Shown piece after piece: positions 18,887 through 28,541 of a DNA stretch of 64,000 bases; the stretch's first letter is position 1, and each line of letters starts with the position of its first letter. The position numbers were made by a program, and so were the translations under genes. This DNA comes from Planctomycetota bacterium (GTDB lineage Bacteria; Planctomycetota; UBA1135; UBA2386). Below the pieces are notes generated by a model that had not been told where the DNA came from, ran no database searches, and saw only the letters and a list, made by a program, of their open reading frames with translations. The stretch is from the NCBI GenBank assembly GCA_947501605.1, contig CANMWZ010000009.1, positions 1 through 64,000 on the forward strand, written 5' to 3'.

Positions 18887-19912
18887 ATGAACGCTGCTGT
18901 CTTCGTCGACTTCGAGAACCTGTTCGCATCCCTGAAGAATCGCAGTGAGTTCACTGGGCATCGCACGCGCGACCTTGCGCTGCAGATGCTGGAGAACCTG
19001 AAGGGTCGCTTGCGCAGCGAGGGGTTCCAGATGGTGCTGGGCCGTTCCTACGCGGCGTTTGATACCTACCCGGGCATGGAGGTCGCGCACGATCTGGCGC
19101 TGATGGGCTTTGACCCGCAGTACGTGCTGGCGGCGCCCAACGGCCGTAGCTCCTCGGATGTGCAGCTCGCTTGCGACGTGTGCCGAGTGTTGTTCCGTCG
19201 CGCTGACATCGAGACGGTTGTCATTGTCGCCGGCGATCGCGACTTCATCCCGATTGCGCGTCAGGTCCTCGAGGAGAACCGCGGCCTGCGCATGGTGGCG
19301 ATTCCGGACGCAACGAGCGGCGACCTTCGGCTGCGCGTCGGCTCCGAGCGGTTCTTGAGTGCGTTGGACCTGCTGCCCGAGCACGTCCCGCAGCCGGCAG
19401 TTCCCGCCGCAACAGTGGTCACCCCGACGTCGAACACGGGCGAGGCCGCCTCGGCCGCCGGCGCTGGGTCGACGCCGCCGCGCGAACAGGACGGCGACCG
19501 CGGCGATCAGGGGCATGAGCAACTGGGGCGCGGCAACGGCGACCGCCAGCGCGTCGGTCGTGCGGCGATCGTCCGCCACATTCCGGTCACGTGGCACAAC
19601 GCGGGGCACCCGATGCCACACCCGTCGGAGGATCAGCTTTCTGCGTGCCTCGATCTGATCATCAAGGCGCAGGTCCGTCACGGCTCGCGCGAGGTGTGGT
19701 TGTCGCCGTTTCTGAAGGGGGCAATGAGCCAGCACTTTGGGCACCTCGTTCACCCCGAGCGCCGCGCACTGATCAACGAGTTGCGGGCGCGCGGCGTGAT
19801 CCGCGTCGAAGAGCGCGAGAATCAGTTTGCCGACCATCCCTACTCGGTCATCGTGGTCGTTGAAGACCACCAACTCGTGCAATCGCTGACCGAACGTAGT
19901 CGGCGGGGCTGA
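18887..19912 (+). CDS. NYN (LabA/DUF88, PIN-fold) domain protein with C-terminal winged-helix-like domain
   Basis: VFVDFEN, SDVQLACD, VAGDRDF, low-complexity linker then helical C-terminal domain. AGGAG upstream. Confidence 0.85.
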   Translation: MNAAVFVDFENLFASLKNRSEFTGHRTRDLALQMLENLKGRLRSEGFQMVLGRSYAAFDTYPGMEVAHDLALMGFDPQYVLAAPNGRSSSDVQLACDVCRVLFRRADIETVVIVAGDRDFIPIARQVLEENRGLRMVAIPDATSGDLRLRVGSERFLSALDLLPEHVPQPAVPAATVVTPTSNTGEAASAAGAGSTPPREQDGDRGDQGHEQLGRGNGDRQRVGRAAIVRHIPVTWHNAGHPMPHPSEDQLSACLDLIIKAQVRHGSREVWLSPFLKGAMSQHFGHLVHPERRALINELRARGVIRVEERENQFADHPYSVIVVVEDHQLVQSLTERSRRG

Positions 19913-20008
19913 AGCGGCGGTTCTTGGTTGGTCGCGCGCGCCAACCGGGTTGGCCGAGCGTGCGTGGCTGGCGATCGGCGTTGATTGGCCGACCGCCAAC
20001 GCTGGCGC

Positions 20009-21592
20009 TCAGTCCTCGACGGGCTTCAGCGGCAACTGCTTGCGCGGGGCGGCGGTCTTCTTCTGCGGCTGTTCGACCGCAATCTCGGCGGCAAAGAGTG
20101 GGTGGCCGGACAACCGTCGGTAGATGGCGAGCAGCATCTCGGCCTTGTTCCCGACGTAGTTCTGCAGGTCCTTCCCGATCTTCTCCTTGGTGGCGCTGCG
20201 AACTCGCGGAGTCGCGGCCTTCTGCAAGGCGCGGCGCATCGAATCCTCGTCGATGATCTCCTGGTCTGCGGCTCGTTCCTTGCCGACCAGGACGCGCGCG
20301 GTCGTCTCCAGATCATGCTCGGTCAGCATCTGCGGGTGGAACAGGCCTGACTCCAGCAGCCGTTGCATGTCGAGATGCGGACGCACGAGCACGGCCCGAA
20401 TCGACTGCTTCTCTGTTGGCAGCGAGTCGAGGAGCAAGCGCACGCACTCCAACTCATCGGCGTTCCAGAGGATCAGCATCCCGGTGCTCGCGACCTGCTT
20501 GCCCAGGGTGCGGATGAACTCCGGTCTTGGGTCTTCCTTGTCGGCCCAGGCAAAGCCAGCTTGCGTCAACTTGCCCGTCTCCGTCAGCGTTTCGCAGGCC
20601 CACGCATAGGGCGTCGGCTGCCACGGCTTTTGACCGGCAAACCGCGGCAGCGGCTCCGTGATCGTGGCGATCGAGAGGAAGTGCAGCGGGAACTCCACCT
20701 GCAACAACTCTTCCTTCACGAACGGCTCGACCACCGTGGACCCTTCTTGCACCGACTGCAGGGCGCGGCGCTGCCGAAACGTGAGACCTTGGCGATTCAG
20801 GTCGAGGTGTGCCAGGTCGACGATGCCCTCTTCGTGGAGCTCGTTCTCCAGTTCGTGGGTGAGATCGGGAAGCAGGCGGAGCGGAAGGTCGGGTTCCTTC
20901 TCGTGACACTGCGCCAAGTGCGGGCACGGGAACGGCGAAGTGCAGAACGTGCCGGTCGGCAGCTCCAGCACGCTGTCGTCGCCCAGTTGGCGCATGAAAC
21001 GCTGGACCTCGTCGGCAACGCGCGGGGCGAGGCGGCGAACGCGCTCGCTGACATCGGCGCTCTTGATGAGGCCGGTTGGGGTGTACTCGCTGCCGCCAGC
21101 GTGCTTGTAGGTCTTGGCGAGATGGAGCACGAACACGCCGCGCACGCTGTGGCCAGCGCGCTCGATCGTCATGACCTGCAGGGCAAGGTCGGTCAGATAG
21201 CGGCCCTTCACCTTGGTGCCGGACTTGACCTCGAAGATGTCGAGGCTGCCATCCTTGTGGCGTACGAGGATGTCGGTCGAGACCTCGCAGCCGTCGGCGA
21301 CGAACACTGCCCCGAACAACGCAGCGGTGGTGTTGGCGGCCAGCAGCTCCTGCGTCTTCTTGGCCAGTGCCGCTGCATTCTTGCCTTCGACTTCGGTGCC
21401 GCGTGCAAAGGCGCTGCGAGCGAGTTGGAGCAGTTGCTTGCCGGTCTCGGACATGGTCCGCCGGCTCTCGCTCTCGGACTCGTCACGTGGCAGGTGGTAG
21501 TCGAGGTAGAGCCGCTTCAAACACTGGTGCCCGGCTTCAAAAAGCCGCTTGTCGAAGCGGGGCTGGTCTTTGGCTGTGGGTTTGGTCTTCAA
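20009..21592 (-). CDS. DUF2779-containing protein with N-terminal RecB/Cas4-like PD-(D/E)xK nuclease
   Basis: QCLKRLYL, TDILV..IFEVKSGT, DLALQ, C.SPFPCP...C, then LPRFAGQKPWQ.TP and DPRPEF (DUF2779). Confidence 0.8.
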   Translation of the reverse strand: MKTKPTAKDQPRFDKRLFEAGHQCLKRLYLDYHLPRDESESESRRTMSETGKQLLQLARSAFARGTEVEGKNAAALAKKTQELLAANTTAALFGAVFVADGCEVSTDILVRHKDGSLDIFEVKSGTKVKGRYLTDLALQVMTIERAGHSVRGVFVLHLAKTYKHAGGSEYTPTGLIKSADVSERVRRLAPRVADEVQRFMRQLGDDSVLELPTGTFCTSPFPCPHLAQCHEKEPDLPLRLLPDLTHELENELHEEGIVDLAHLDLNRQGLTFRQRRALQSVQEGSTVVEPFVKEELLQVEFPLHFLSIATITEPLPRFAGQKPWQPTPYAWACETLTETGKLTQAGFAWADKEDPRPEFIRTLGKQVASTGMLILWNADELECVRLLLDSLPTEKQSIRAVLVRPHLDMQRLLESGLFHPQMLTEHDLETTARVLVGKERAADQEIIDEDSMRRALQKAATPRVRSATKEKIGKDLQNYVGNKAEMLLAIYRRLSGHPLFAAEIAVEQPQKKTAAPRKQLPLKPVED

Positions 21593-21661
21593 CTTCTTGG
21601 GGGGGGTTACGGTTGCAGACCTAGCAGGGGGGGCCGGAGCTTAGCCCGGGACCCCCGCGGC

Positions 21662-22462
21662 TCAAGCGGGCGGACGGCGCGAACGGCGATAGAGCACAAT
21701 CAGGACGATGCCGACGACGCCCCCGGCGATCACCGGAGTCCAGAGGCGATCGGACAGCGTGAGCTCCCCGCGTGACCGTCGCGCGAAGGTCATGGTGTCG
21801 AGTGCCGCGCGGAAGGCCGCGACCCGGGCTGGGAACTCCTCGTCCCAGCACGTGAGGCAAAGAGTGAGCTCGCGCCCAGCAGTAGGCACGTGGATGTCGA
21901 GGCTGCGTTGGACCCGCCCAAGGACCGGCGAGATCCGGCGTTCGACGACGACCGCTGGATGCGCGTCCGGACCGATCTTGGATGGCGTTGCAGACAGCAC
22001 TTCGTAGTGCATGCCGTCGCTGGCGCCCTTGTGATCCCACATGTGCTGGAGGCGGGCCTGCAGCTCGCCCTCGAGGTGCCATTCGGCGTCCTGTTCGACG
22101 ACATACAGGTAGACGCCATCGAACTCCCCGGCCAGCCACCGCTCGACCGGGCCCACGCCGTAGAACAGACTGGGTTCGTTCTGTCGAAGGTCATAGGGGA
22201 GGCTCGCAAGGCTCTGGCGCAACGAGGTCACCTCGCCGGGCGCCAGTTGTCTCCAGCCGATCGGCAGGTCGATGCGGAAGGACTGCGAGCGGTTGCGAAA
22301 AGCCTGCATTCCAGGCGCTGGCTCGCGCGCTTGCGTCGGCGGCGTGGCCTTCGGCTGCTGAGTCGCGGACGCTGGCGACTGTTGCGCGTCGAGACAGTTC
22401 GAGCCTGAGGAATAGAGCGTCACCACGGACGCGCAAGCGACGGTCAATAGGTTGCGAGGCAC
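21662..22462 (-). CDS. Hypothetical exported protein with C-terminal TM anchor and basic tail
   Basis: N-terminal signal-like stretch, FRIDLP.GW motif, C-terminus VIAGGVVGIVLIVLYRRSRR. Confidence 0.6.
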   Translation of the reverse strand: MPRNLLTVACASVVTLYSSGSNCLDAQQSPASATQQPKATPPTQAREPAPGMQAFRNRSQSFRIDLPIGWRQLAPGEVTSLRQSLASLPYDLRQNEPSLFYGVGPVERWLAGEFDGVYLYVVEQDAEWHLEGELQARLQHMWDHKGASDGMHYEVLSATPSKIGPDAHPAVVVERRISPVLGRVQRSLDIHVPTAGRELTLCLTCWDEEFPARVAAFRAALDTMTFARRSRGELTLSDRLWTPVIAGGVVGIVLIVLYRRSRRPPA

Positions 22463-22469
22463 TCGACCA

Positions 22470-23408
22470 TCATGCCGAAGCTGGCTCGGTGCAGCCAACA
22501 GTGGCGAGGACAGAGTCGAGAAGCGGCGCCTCGCTGGTGATCCGCGGCAGCGTGAACCAGAAGACGGAACCTGCCATCTCGCCCGGCCGGTAGCCGATCT
22601 CGCCGCCCATGTGGCCGATGAGCATGCGGCTCACGTAGAGACCGAGCCCGGTGCCGGCAATTGTGGGGAGGCTGTCCTCGTGCACGCGGCCGAAGCGGGT
22701 GAACAACTGCTCTCGGCGCTCTTGTGAGACGCCCGGGCCCGTGTCGTGCACTTCGAACCGGACGAACGCACCCGTGATTACGGTGGTGACGCGCACGCTC
22801 GTGCCCATGCTCGAGAACTTCACTGCGTTGGCCACCATGTTGAATGCAACTTGCAGGAAGCGACCGCGGTCGGCATTGACGACCAGGACATCGTCCGAGT
22901 CGTCGACGACGAGAGCTACTTCGCGCATCTGAGCCGGAAGGCTCATTACCTTGTGGACGTCGTCGAGCAAGTTCGACACGCGCTGCGCGCGGATCTGCAA
23001 GCTGATACGACCACCTTCAATCGCGGCGAGATCGACCACGTCGTTGATCAAGAACGCCATGTGCCGCGATGCCGTGCTGGCTTGGTCGAGGAACATGCTC
23101 TGGTCTTCGGGCGTGGTCGCGTAGCCGTCGCGCAGGAGCTCGATTGCCGTCGTCACCGCCGTCAGCGGCGTGCGCAGCTCGTGCGCGGTGTTCGCCAGTT
23201 GCTCTTCGCGCCATCGCAACGACCGTTCGTGGTGCGCTTCGATGCGCGCGGTGGCGGCCGCGAGCCTGCGGCCGATGCGGCGGAGTCCGATCTTCGTCGT
23301 CAGGCCAGCGATGATGGCCAGAACCCACATCGGCAAGCCGCTGGCGGCCACCAACAGCGCTGCTGCGGTGACGGCAAGTCCGAGGATGCTGCTGTTCCGG
23401 TCCGACAT
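22470..23408 (-). CDS. Membrane histidine kinase (HisKA + HATPase_c)
   Basis: AHELRTPL, N box NMVANAVKF, VHDTGPGV, LFTRF, GTGLGL, two N-terminal TM segments. Confidence 0.9.
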   Translation of the reverse strand: MSDRNSSILGLAVTAAALLVAASGLPMWVLAIIAGLTTKIGLRRIGRRLAAATARIEAHHERSLRWREEQLANTAHELRTPLTAVTTAIELLRDGYATTPEDQSMFLDQASTASRHMAFLINDVVDLAAIEGGRISLQIRAQRVSNLLDDVHKVMSLPAQMREVALVVDDSDDVLVVNADRGRFLQVAFNMVANAVKFSSMGTSVRVTTVITGAFVRFEVHDTGPGVSQERREQLFTRFGRVHEDSLPTIAGTGLGLYVSRMLIGHMGGEIGYRPGEMAGSVFWFTLPRITSEAPLLDSVLATVGCTEPASA

Positions 23409-23494
23409 CTGGCGATGACCTGTGCGGTCGTCGCGCCTTTCGGCAGATCTGGGTTCCGGCTGTGCTGGTGGGGGCGAGTGCGTCTCGCGTTGGG

Positions 23495-25468
23495 TCAGGG
23501 AACGCTGCGCGTTGGCGGTGGAGCTGAGGCTTGCAGCCACATTGGCGGGAGGGGGCAGTCCCAGCAGGACGTGAAGGCGCGCAGTAGTTCGCCCTCGGCC
23601 GCGGCGATGGTGCCGTCGGCTGCGGCTGCCTCGGCGAGTGCTGTGACCAGCATCTTCTTGCCGAGCGGCGAGAGTTGTTCGAGCCGTGTCATGGCGACTT
23701 CGAGGGCTTCGAAGCGGCAGGCCTCGCGGGCCAGCAGTTGCCGGCGCGGCAGGCCGACCAGCGCGCTACTGCCCCGGTCAAAGGCGGCTTGCGGGTCGCT
23801 GCTCGCATGGGCCATCGCCGACAGCACGAGAGCCATCTCCTCGCTCGCGGCGATCGACGGGATGACTCGGCGCGGCGGCCTGACGGCCCCGGCGTCGGAC
23901 TCAGCCTGGCGACCAGCGAGATGCAGGAGGGCGAGTTCGAACGGCGTTACCGCATCATCGGCGAGGGCCAACAGGCGCAGATCTCGCAGCAGCGCGGCAC
24001 GGCGAGCCCTGGGCACGTCGCGCAGCGCCGGGGTGCTGAGTTCGACGAGCGGCAACCAAGCCGTGGGCGACACCGTACGCAGGTGCGCCGCCAGTTCGCG
24101 CGCCCGATGCACCAACGTCTGGTCCATGCTGGCGAGCACAGCCTCCTGCTTCGCGTCGCTTCCGTGCAGCAGGATTGCGAGCAGTAGAGCCGGCGCATCG
24201 GTCGGGGTGTGCGCTGCGGCGGCGATCTCGAGCGGCAACGATGCGAGCATCGTGCGGGTCGAATCGAGGATCGCCGCCGAAGTCTGGCCGACCATGCCCT
24301 GGATCGAGGCTGGGGCGATGGTGGTGCCGCCGGCGAACTGGCTGGCGGCCAGCGCCGACGGCACCCCGCGCTGACGGTCGGGCGCAGGTTGCATTGGCGA
24401 TTGCGCGCCTACTGCATGGGCCTGTCGCTCGGCAACCTGGAAGAAGTCGTCGGCGCCCCCGGTTCGCTTGTTGGCCGCAAGAAACCCTGGCAGCACGCGA
24501 TTGATCCGTTCACTGAGAGGTGGGTGGGTGGCACCGAGTTGGCCGAGCCAGTGCGAGAACCCGTCAGCAAAGAACATGTGGCTCGCTTCGCGGGCGCCGG
24601 CCTTCTGCACACGACTGCCGCTGCCTTGAATCCGCCTCAGTGCTCGGCCGATGCCAAGCCCATTGCGCGTGTAGGCGACGGCCGATGCATCGGCCAGAAA
24701 CTCGCGCTGTCGGGAGATGGCTGCCTTGATGAGTCCGGCGAAGAACGCGCCGAGGCTGCCGATCACCATGAGGGCGAGCCCCATCAGCAAGATCGCGATC
24801 GCAGGGTTCTTCTCGTTGCCGCGGCTGCGGACATGGCGCATCGAGCGCACCATGATCTCGCCGATGGTCGCCAAGCAGACGATGCCGAACAACAGGCCGA
24901 TCAGGCGCGTGTTGAGCCGCATGTCGCCGTGAAAGACATGGCTGAACTCGTGCGCGATCACTCCTTGCAACTCATCGCGATCAAACTGCTCCAGCGCACC
25001 GCGAGTCACGGCGACGGCGGCATCGCGCGAGCTCCAGCCGGCGGCGAACGCGTTGATACCATCCTCGTCGTCGAGCACGTACACCCGCGGAACCGGGGTT
25101 CCTGACGCGATCGCCATTTCTTCGACGACGTTGACGAGGCGAAGTTCGAGCTCGTCGCGAGTACTCATGGAGACTTCGCGGCCACCCAGCATTCGCGCGA
25201 CGGCGGGGCCACCGGCGCTGAGTTGCGCAGTGCGCACCGAACTGGCAATGAGCACGGTCAAGAGCACGCCGGCGGCGACTACCATCAACAGGCCGGGGTT
25301 CCACAGCCGTTCGTGCGCGTCGATGCCAGGGATCAGCAAGGTCGCTGCGAAATAGATGGCAGCGACGATGCCGGCGATCGCCAGTGCGAACAGGCAGACC
25401 AGACGGTTCGACGCGCGGCGCGCGGCGTCCTGGTGACCAAAGAAGTCCATGGTCGAGTTCGCGGTCAT
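23495..25468 (-). CDS. M48 (HtpX-like) zinc metallopeptidase, long form
   Basis: MDFFGHQ start, NVVEEMAIASG, INAFAAG, AHEFSH, SRQREFLADASAV, THPPL..RI. Confidence 0.9.
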   Translation of the reverse strand: MTANSTMDFFGHQDAARRASNRLVCLFALAIAGIVAAIYFAATLLIPGIDAHERLWNPGLLMVVAAGVLLTVLIASSVRTAQLSAGGPAVARMLGGREVSMSTRDELELRLVNVVEEMAIASGTPVPRVYVLDDEDGINAFAAGWSSRDAAVAVTRGALEQFDRDELQGVIAHEFSHVFHGDMRLNTRLIGLLFGIVCLATIGEIMVRSMRHVRSRGNEKNPAIAILLMGLALMVIGSLGAFFAGLIKAAISRQREFLADASAVAYTRNGLGIGRALRRIQGSGSRVQKAGAREASHMFFADGFSHWLGQLGATHPPLSERINRVLPGFLAANKRTGGADDFFQVAERQAHAVGAQSPMQPAPDRQRGVPSALAASQFAGGTTIAPASIQGMVGQTSAAILDSTRTMLASLPLEIAAAAHTPTDAPALLLAILLHGSDAKQEAVLASMDQTLVHRARELAAHLRTVSPTAWLPLVELSTPALRDVPRARRAALLRDLRLLALADDAVTPFELALLHLAGRQAESDAGAVRPPRRVIPSIAASEEMALVLSAMAHASSDPQAAFDRGSSALVGLPRRQLLAREACRFEALEVAMTRLEQLSPLGKKMLVTALAEAAAADGTIAAAEGELLRAFTSCWDCPLPPMWLQASAPPPTRSVP

Positions 25469-26058
25469 GTGAGCGTCTCCAGCTCGAACAGGGAGACTCC
25501 AGCGCTTCGTCGTACGAACAAGCCGCCGCCGAGCGGCATGAACTTGCGCTTGAGCCGATGCATGTACCAGTCACCGGTCCTTAGATGAACATCGCCGTCG
25601 GTGAGAGCACGGTCGACGTTGTGCCGCCAGTCGCGGCGAGTAAGTGCTTCGAGATACAGAGCACCCTGACTCAGCCGCCCGAGGTTCTGGATCGCACGCG
25701 CGGCACTCGCATCGTCCAGGTATTGGAGGACGCCCTGGCAGACGACGAGGTCGAACGCGCGACCCGGCGCGTAGTCGACGACGCTGCCGTGTTCCCAGCC
25801 CATGCGGTCGCACTGGTACTCGCTCCACTCGACGCCGCGGTAGCTGGCGCGAGGCACGAGGGCCTTCAAGGCCGTGCGCCAGTGACCAAGGCCGCAACCT
25901 AGGTCGAGGACGGACCGCACCGGCAGTTGCAGGTAGCGCAGATAGCCGGTGACGAAGCCGGCGAGGCGTTCGACCGAGCTGCTGTCGGCGACGCAGGTGC
26001 CCGCCTTCTCATAGAACCGTCGGTAGTAGCCAGCGTCGAACCGTTTGGCGTCGGTCAT
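25465..26058 (-). CDS. Class I SAM-dependent methyltransferase
   Basis: VLDLGCGLG, FDLVVCQGVLQYL. Stop overlaps the M48 start. Confidence 0.85.
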   Translation of the reverse strand: MTDAKRFDAGYYRRFYEKAGTCVADSSSVERLAGFVTGYLRYLQLPVRSVLDLGCGLGHWRTALKALVPRASYRGVEWSEYQCDRMGWEHGSVVDYAPGRAFDLVVCQGVLQYLDDASAARAIQNLGRLSQGALYLEALTRRDWRHNVDRALTDGDVHLRTGDWYMHRLKRKFMPLGGGLFVRRSAGVSLFELETLT

Positions 26059-26322
26059 CGCGAACGTGATCTTGGTGTCCCGTGGGGTGCTCGTGACGGC
26101 TCCGTCCAATGCGGTGGACGCCATCAGCGTCCCTGCCGAATGAGCGATTGCGCAATGGTATAGCCGGGACCGGCCCGAACCTGCGCGCGCTTCCCCACGA
26201 CGATTCGACCACGGACTGCGAGAACGGGACGTGCTGCGCCTTGTGCTCGCGCCCGCGGGGTCCGTAGAATGCTCGGCCTTTCCACCCGCCCGGTTCGCGT
26301 CCCCCTCTGCATCGGAGTCCTT

Positions 26323-26538
26323 GTGCCCAAGGAAGAAGCAATCGTCCTCGAAGGCACGGTCGTCGAGACCCTCGCCAACACCAAGTTCCGGATCAAGATC
26401 GACACCGGGCACGAGATCCTCGCGCACATCTCCGGCAAGATGCGCAAGCACTTCATCCGCATCATCCCAGGGGATCGCGTGACCGTCGAAGTCTCGCCGT
26501 ACGATCTGACGCGCGGGCGGATCATCTACCGCGCCTGA
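26323..26538 (+). CDS. infA: Translation initiation factor IF-1
   Basis: [57 protein letters not shown] upstream of GTG. Confidence 0.97.
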   Translation: MPKEEAIVLEGTVVETLANTKFRIKIDTGHEILAHISGKMRKHFIRIIPGDRVTVEVSPYDLTRGRIIYRA

Positions 26539-26601
26539 TTGGTGCTGGCCGCCTGATCGGCAATGGGCTCCTGATCGGCAATGGGCCCCCGATGGGCGAT
26601 T
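26534..26601. repeat. Degenerate tandem repeat with 18-bp period (core CCTGATCGGCAATGGGC) starting at the infA stop
   Basis: Identical 17-mers at 26552 and 26570, with degenerate copies at 26534 and 26588. Confidence 0.75.
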
Positions 26602-26705
26602 CTAGGGTTCGTAGCCGCTCGTGTCGGTCTTGCCGTCGAGGCGCTGACCGGCGCCTTCTCTGGGCTGAGGCCGGCGCGTCGGTCGATGGCTGCGTCGCAG
26701 ACGCC

Positions 26706-26725
26706 GCGGGATCTACGGATCCCGC
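26706..26725. terminator. Hairpin GCGGGATC-TACG-GATCCCGC between convergent genes
   Basis: Perfect 8-bp stem in a convergent intergenic region, no strong U-tract. Confidence 0.35.
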
Positions 26726-26794
26726 TACGAGTCCGCTCCTTGCCCTCTTTCTGCGTTGCGCGGCCTCGCTCGCAGGCCCATTGAGAAACAGCTC

Positions 26795-28498
26795 TTACTG
26801 GGGCACGTAGCGAAACGCTGCTTGGTCGATGATCTGCAGCGTGACCGGGTCCTTGATGCGGACCACGAAGTGCTGCACGAAGCCGAGTTCGTTGGCGGGC
26901 ACGATGGGCATCGGGATCGGCAAGTTGTAGAGCGTGAGACCGATCTGCGGTGGGAAGTCGAGTGGCAGGTCCGGGATCCAGGGGACGATCACGCCTGAGT
27001 CGAGTTCGGCGACGGCGTCGAGGTAGATCGAGCGTGTCTGTGCGGTGGTGTTGAAGAACGTCCAGTGCACGTAGAGCGTGCTGCCATTTGGCGCGGTCAG
27101 AACTTCGAGGCCGTCGAGGTCCGTCATGATGTCCTTCACGGGCAAGGTCATCGTCGACGTCGTCGGGGCGTTGATCGAGTAGCCGTTCTGAACGAGCGGA
27201 GCCGCGAGGCTGCCTTGTGGCGCTGAGATCCTCAGGTTCCAGGTGCCGGCAGGCGCTACGCAGTGCACGACGCCATCGGCGCCCGCTTGGTTGCCGGGGA
27301 CAACGATTGGGTTACCCGTGGCCGGATCGATGAGCTGCAACTGCGCGGCAGGAATTGGCTGCGCGAAGGCATCGTGAACCGTGATGTTCATCGCGATGCC
27401 AGCGGTCACCGGGATGACGCCGACGTTCAGGTTGGTCGCGACGGTGTAGTTGCCGGTGCGCGTGCCCGTGAGGCCGGTGGCGACCAACGGATCGACGCGG
27501 ATCTGGTAGGTGCCTGGGGGGACCATGACCCCGAACAGCCCCGTTGCACTGGTGTTGTCGTTCGGCGTGTAGAGCTTGTGGCCGAGAGTGTCGAACACGT
27601 CGATGTCCGCACCGAGGACGCCGCCAGCAGGGCCGATGACTTGTCCAGACAACTGGACGGCGCGCAGCATGCGGACCAGTCCCATGTTGTAAGGCGCGTT
27701 CAGAACCGGGATGCCGAAGACCTGGCGGCCAGCGTGCAAGTTGCCGAGCGGCGGCACGATCTCGACGTCATACAGGCCAAAGGGCAGCAGGGCGGAGAAG
27801 GCGCCCAGCGTGTTGGTCAGCTTGTTGAGTTGCAACACCACCTCGCCGGTGAGCGCATTCGTCGTGATCACTTCGCAACCGGCGATCGGCAACAGGTTCA
27901 CGGTATCGACGACCGAGCCCGTCACCGCGTAGCCAGCGCGCAGCGTGATCGTGCCTTTCGCCACTGGCGCGGTCGCGATGGTCGGTTGTTCCCACGGCAC
28001 GAGGTTCGACCCAGTCGGCGGGATCGCGCGTAGGATCACATTGGTGTTTGCCGGGATTCCGATCACCACGTTGCCGGCGGCGTCGGAACCGTCGTGGGGG
28101 GTGTACAGCTTGACTCCGTTTGGCAGGTAGACGTTCATGTTCACGCCCAGCAGTCCTGCGCCGCTCTCGTTGACCATCGTCGCCGTGACCGGAAACGCGG
28201 GGCCGAGGATGTAGTCACCGAGGGTTGTTGCGCCACTGACGGTGAGGTCGAAGCCAGCTGCCTGGAGGAAGTTGCTGTGCGGGTCGATCTGGACGGTGTA
28301 GACGCGGTCCTGCAGGCCGGTCACGAGAAACGTGCCGTCCGCCGCACTGGTGCCGATTCCTCCGCCATTGCTGAGAATGACCCCGACGTTGCCGATGGGG
28401 TTCAGATTGGCGTCGAGGAAGCGACCGGCGAGCGACTGGGCATTGGCAGTGACGCCGACCAGCGCGGTGAGGATGCAACAGAAGGTGGTGCGCAGCAT
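26795..28498 (-). CDS. Secreted protein with repeated carboxypeptidase-regulatory-like (transthyretin/Ig-like) domains
   Basis: Signal peptide ending ANAQ, about five ~90-aa repeats G.V.D....I.G...T...G.F...P.G.Y...P. Confidence 0.7.
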   Translation of the reverse strand: MLRTTFCCILTALVGVTANAQSLAGRFLDANLNPIGNVGVILSNGGGIGTSAADGTFLVTGLQDRVYTVQIDPHSNFLQAAGFDLTVSGATTLGDYILGPAFPVTATMVNESGAGLLGVNMNVYLPNGVKLYTPHDGSDAAGNVVIGIPANTNVILRAIPPTGSNLVPWEQPTIATAPVAKGTITLRAGYAVTGSVVDTVNLLPIAGCEVITTNALTGEVVLQLNKLTNTLGAFSALLPFGLYDVEIVPPLGNLHAGRQVFGIPVLNAPYNMGLVRMLRAVQLSGQVIGPAGGVLGADIDVFDTLGHKLYTPNDNTSATGLFGVMVPPGTYQIRVDPLVATGLTGTRTGNYTVATNLNVGVIPVTAGIAMNITVHDAFAQPIPAAQLQLIDPATGNPIVVPGNQAGADGVVHCVAPAGTWNLRISAPQGSLAAPLVQNGYSINAPTTSTMTLPVKDIMTDLDGLEVLTAPNGSTLYVHWTFFNTTAQTRSIYLDAVAELDSGVIVPWIPDLPLDFPPQIGLTLYNLPIPMPIVPANELGFVQHFVVRIKDPVTLQIIDQAAFRYVPQ

Positions 28499-28541
28499 GT
28501 GGCAGGTAGTGGAGGACAGTCGACGAACCGATCGTGGTGGA

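Noticed and set aside
20009..21592. cas4 of a CRISPR-Cas locus
   Set aside because: No cas1/cas2 or array, and DUF2779 fusion architecture.
21599..21633. G8 and G7 tracts upstream of the DUF2779 gene as a phase-variation switch
   Set aside because: Short for a high-GC genome, outside the CDS, and no evidence of length variation.
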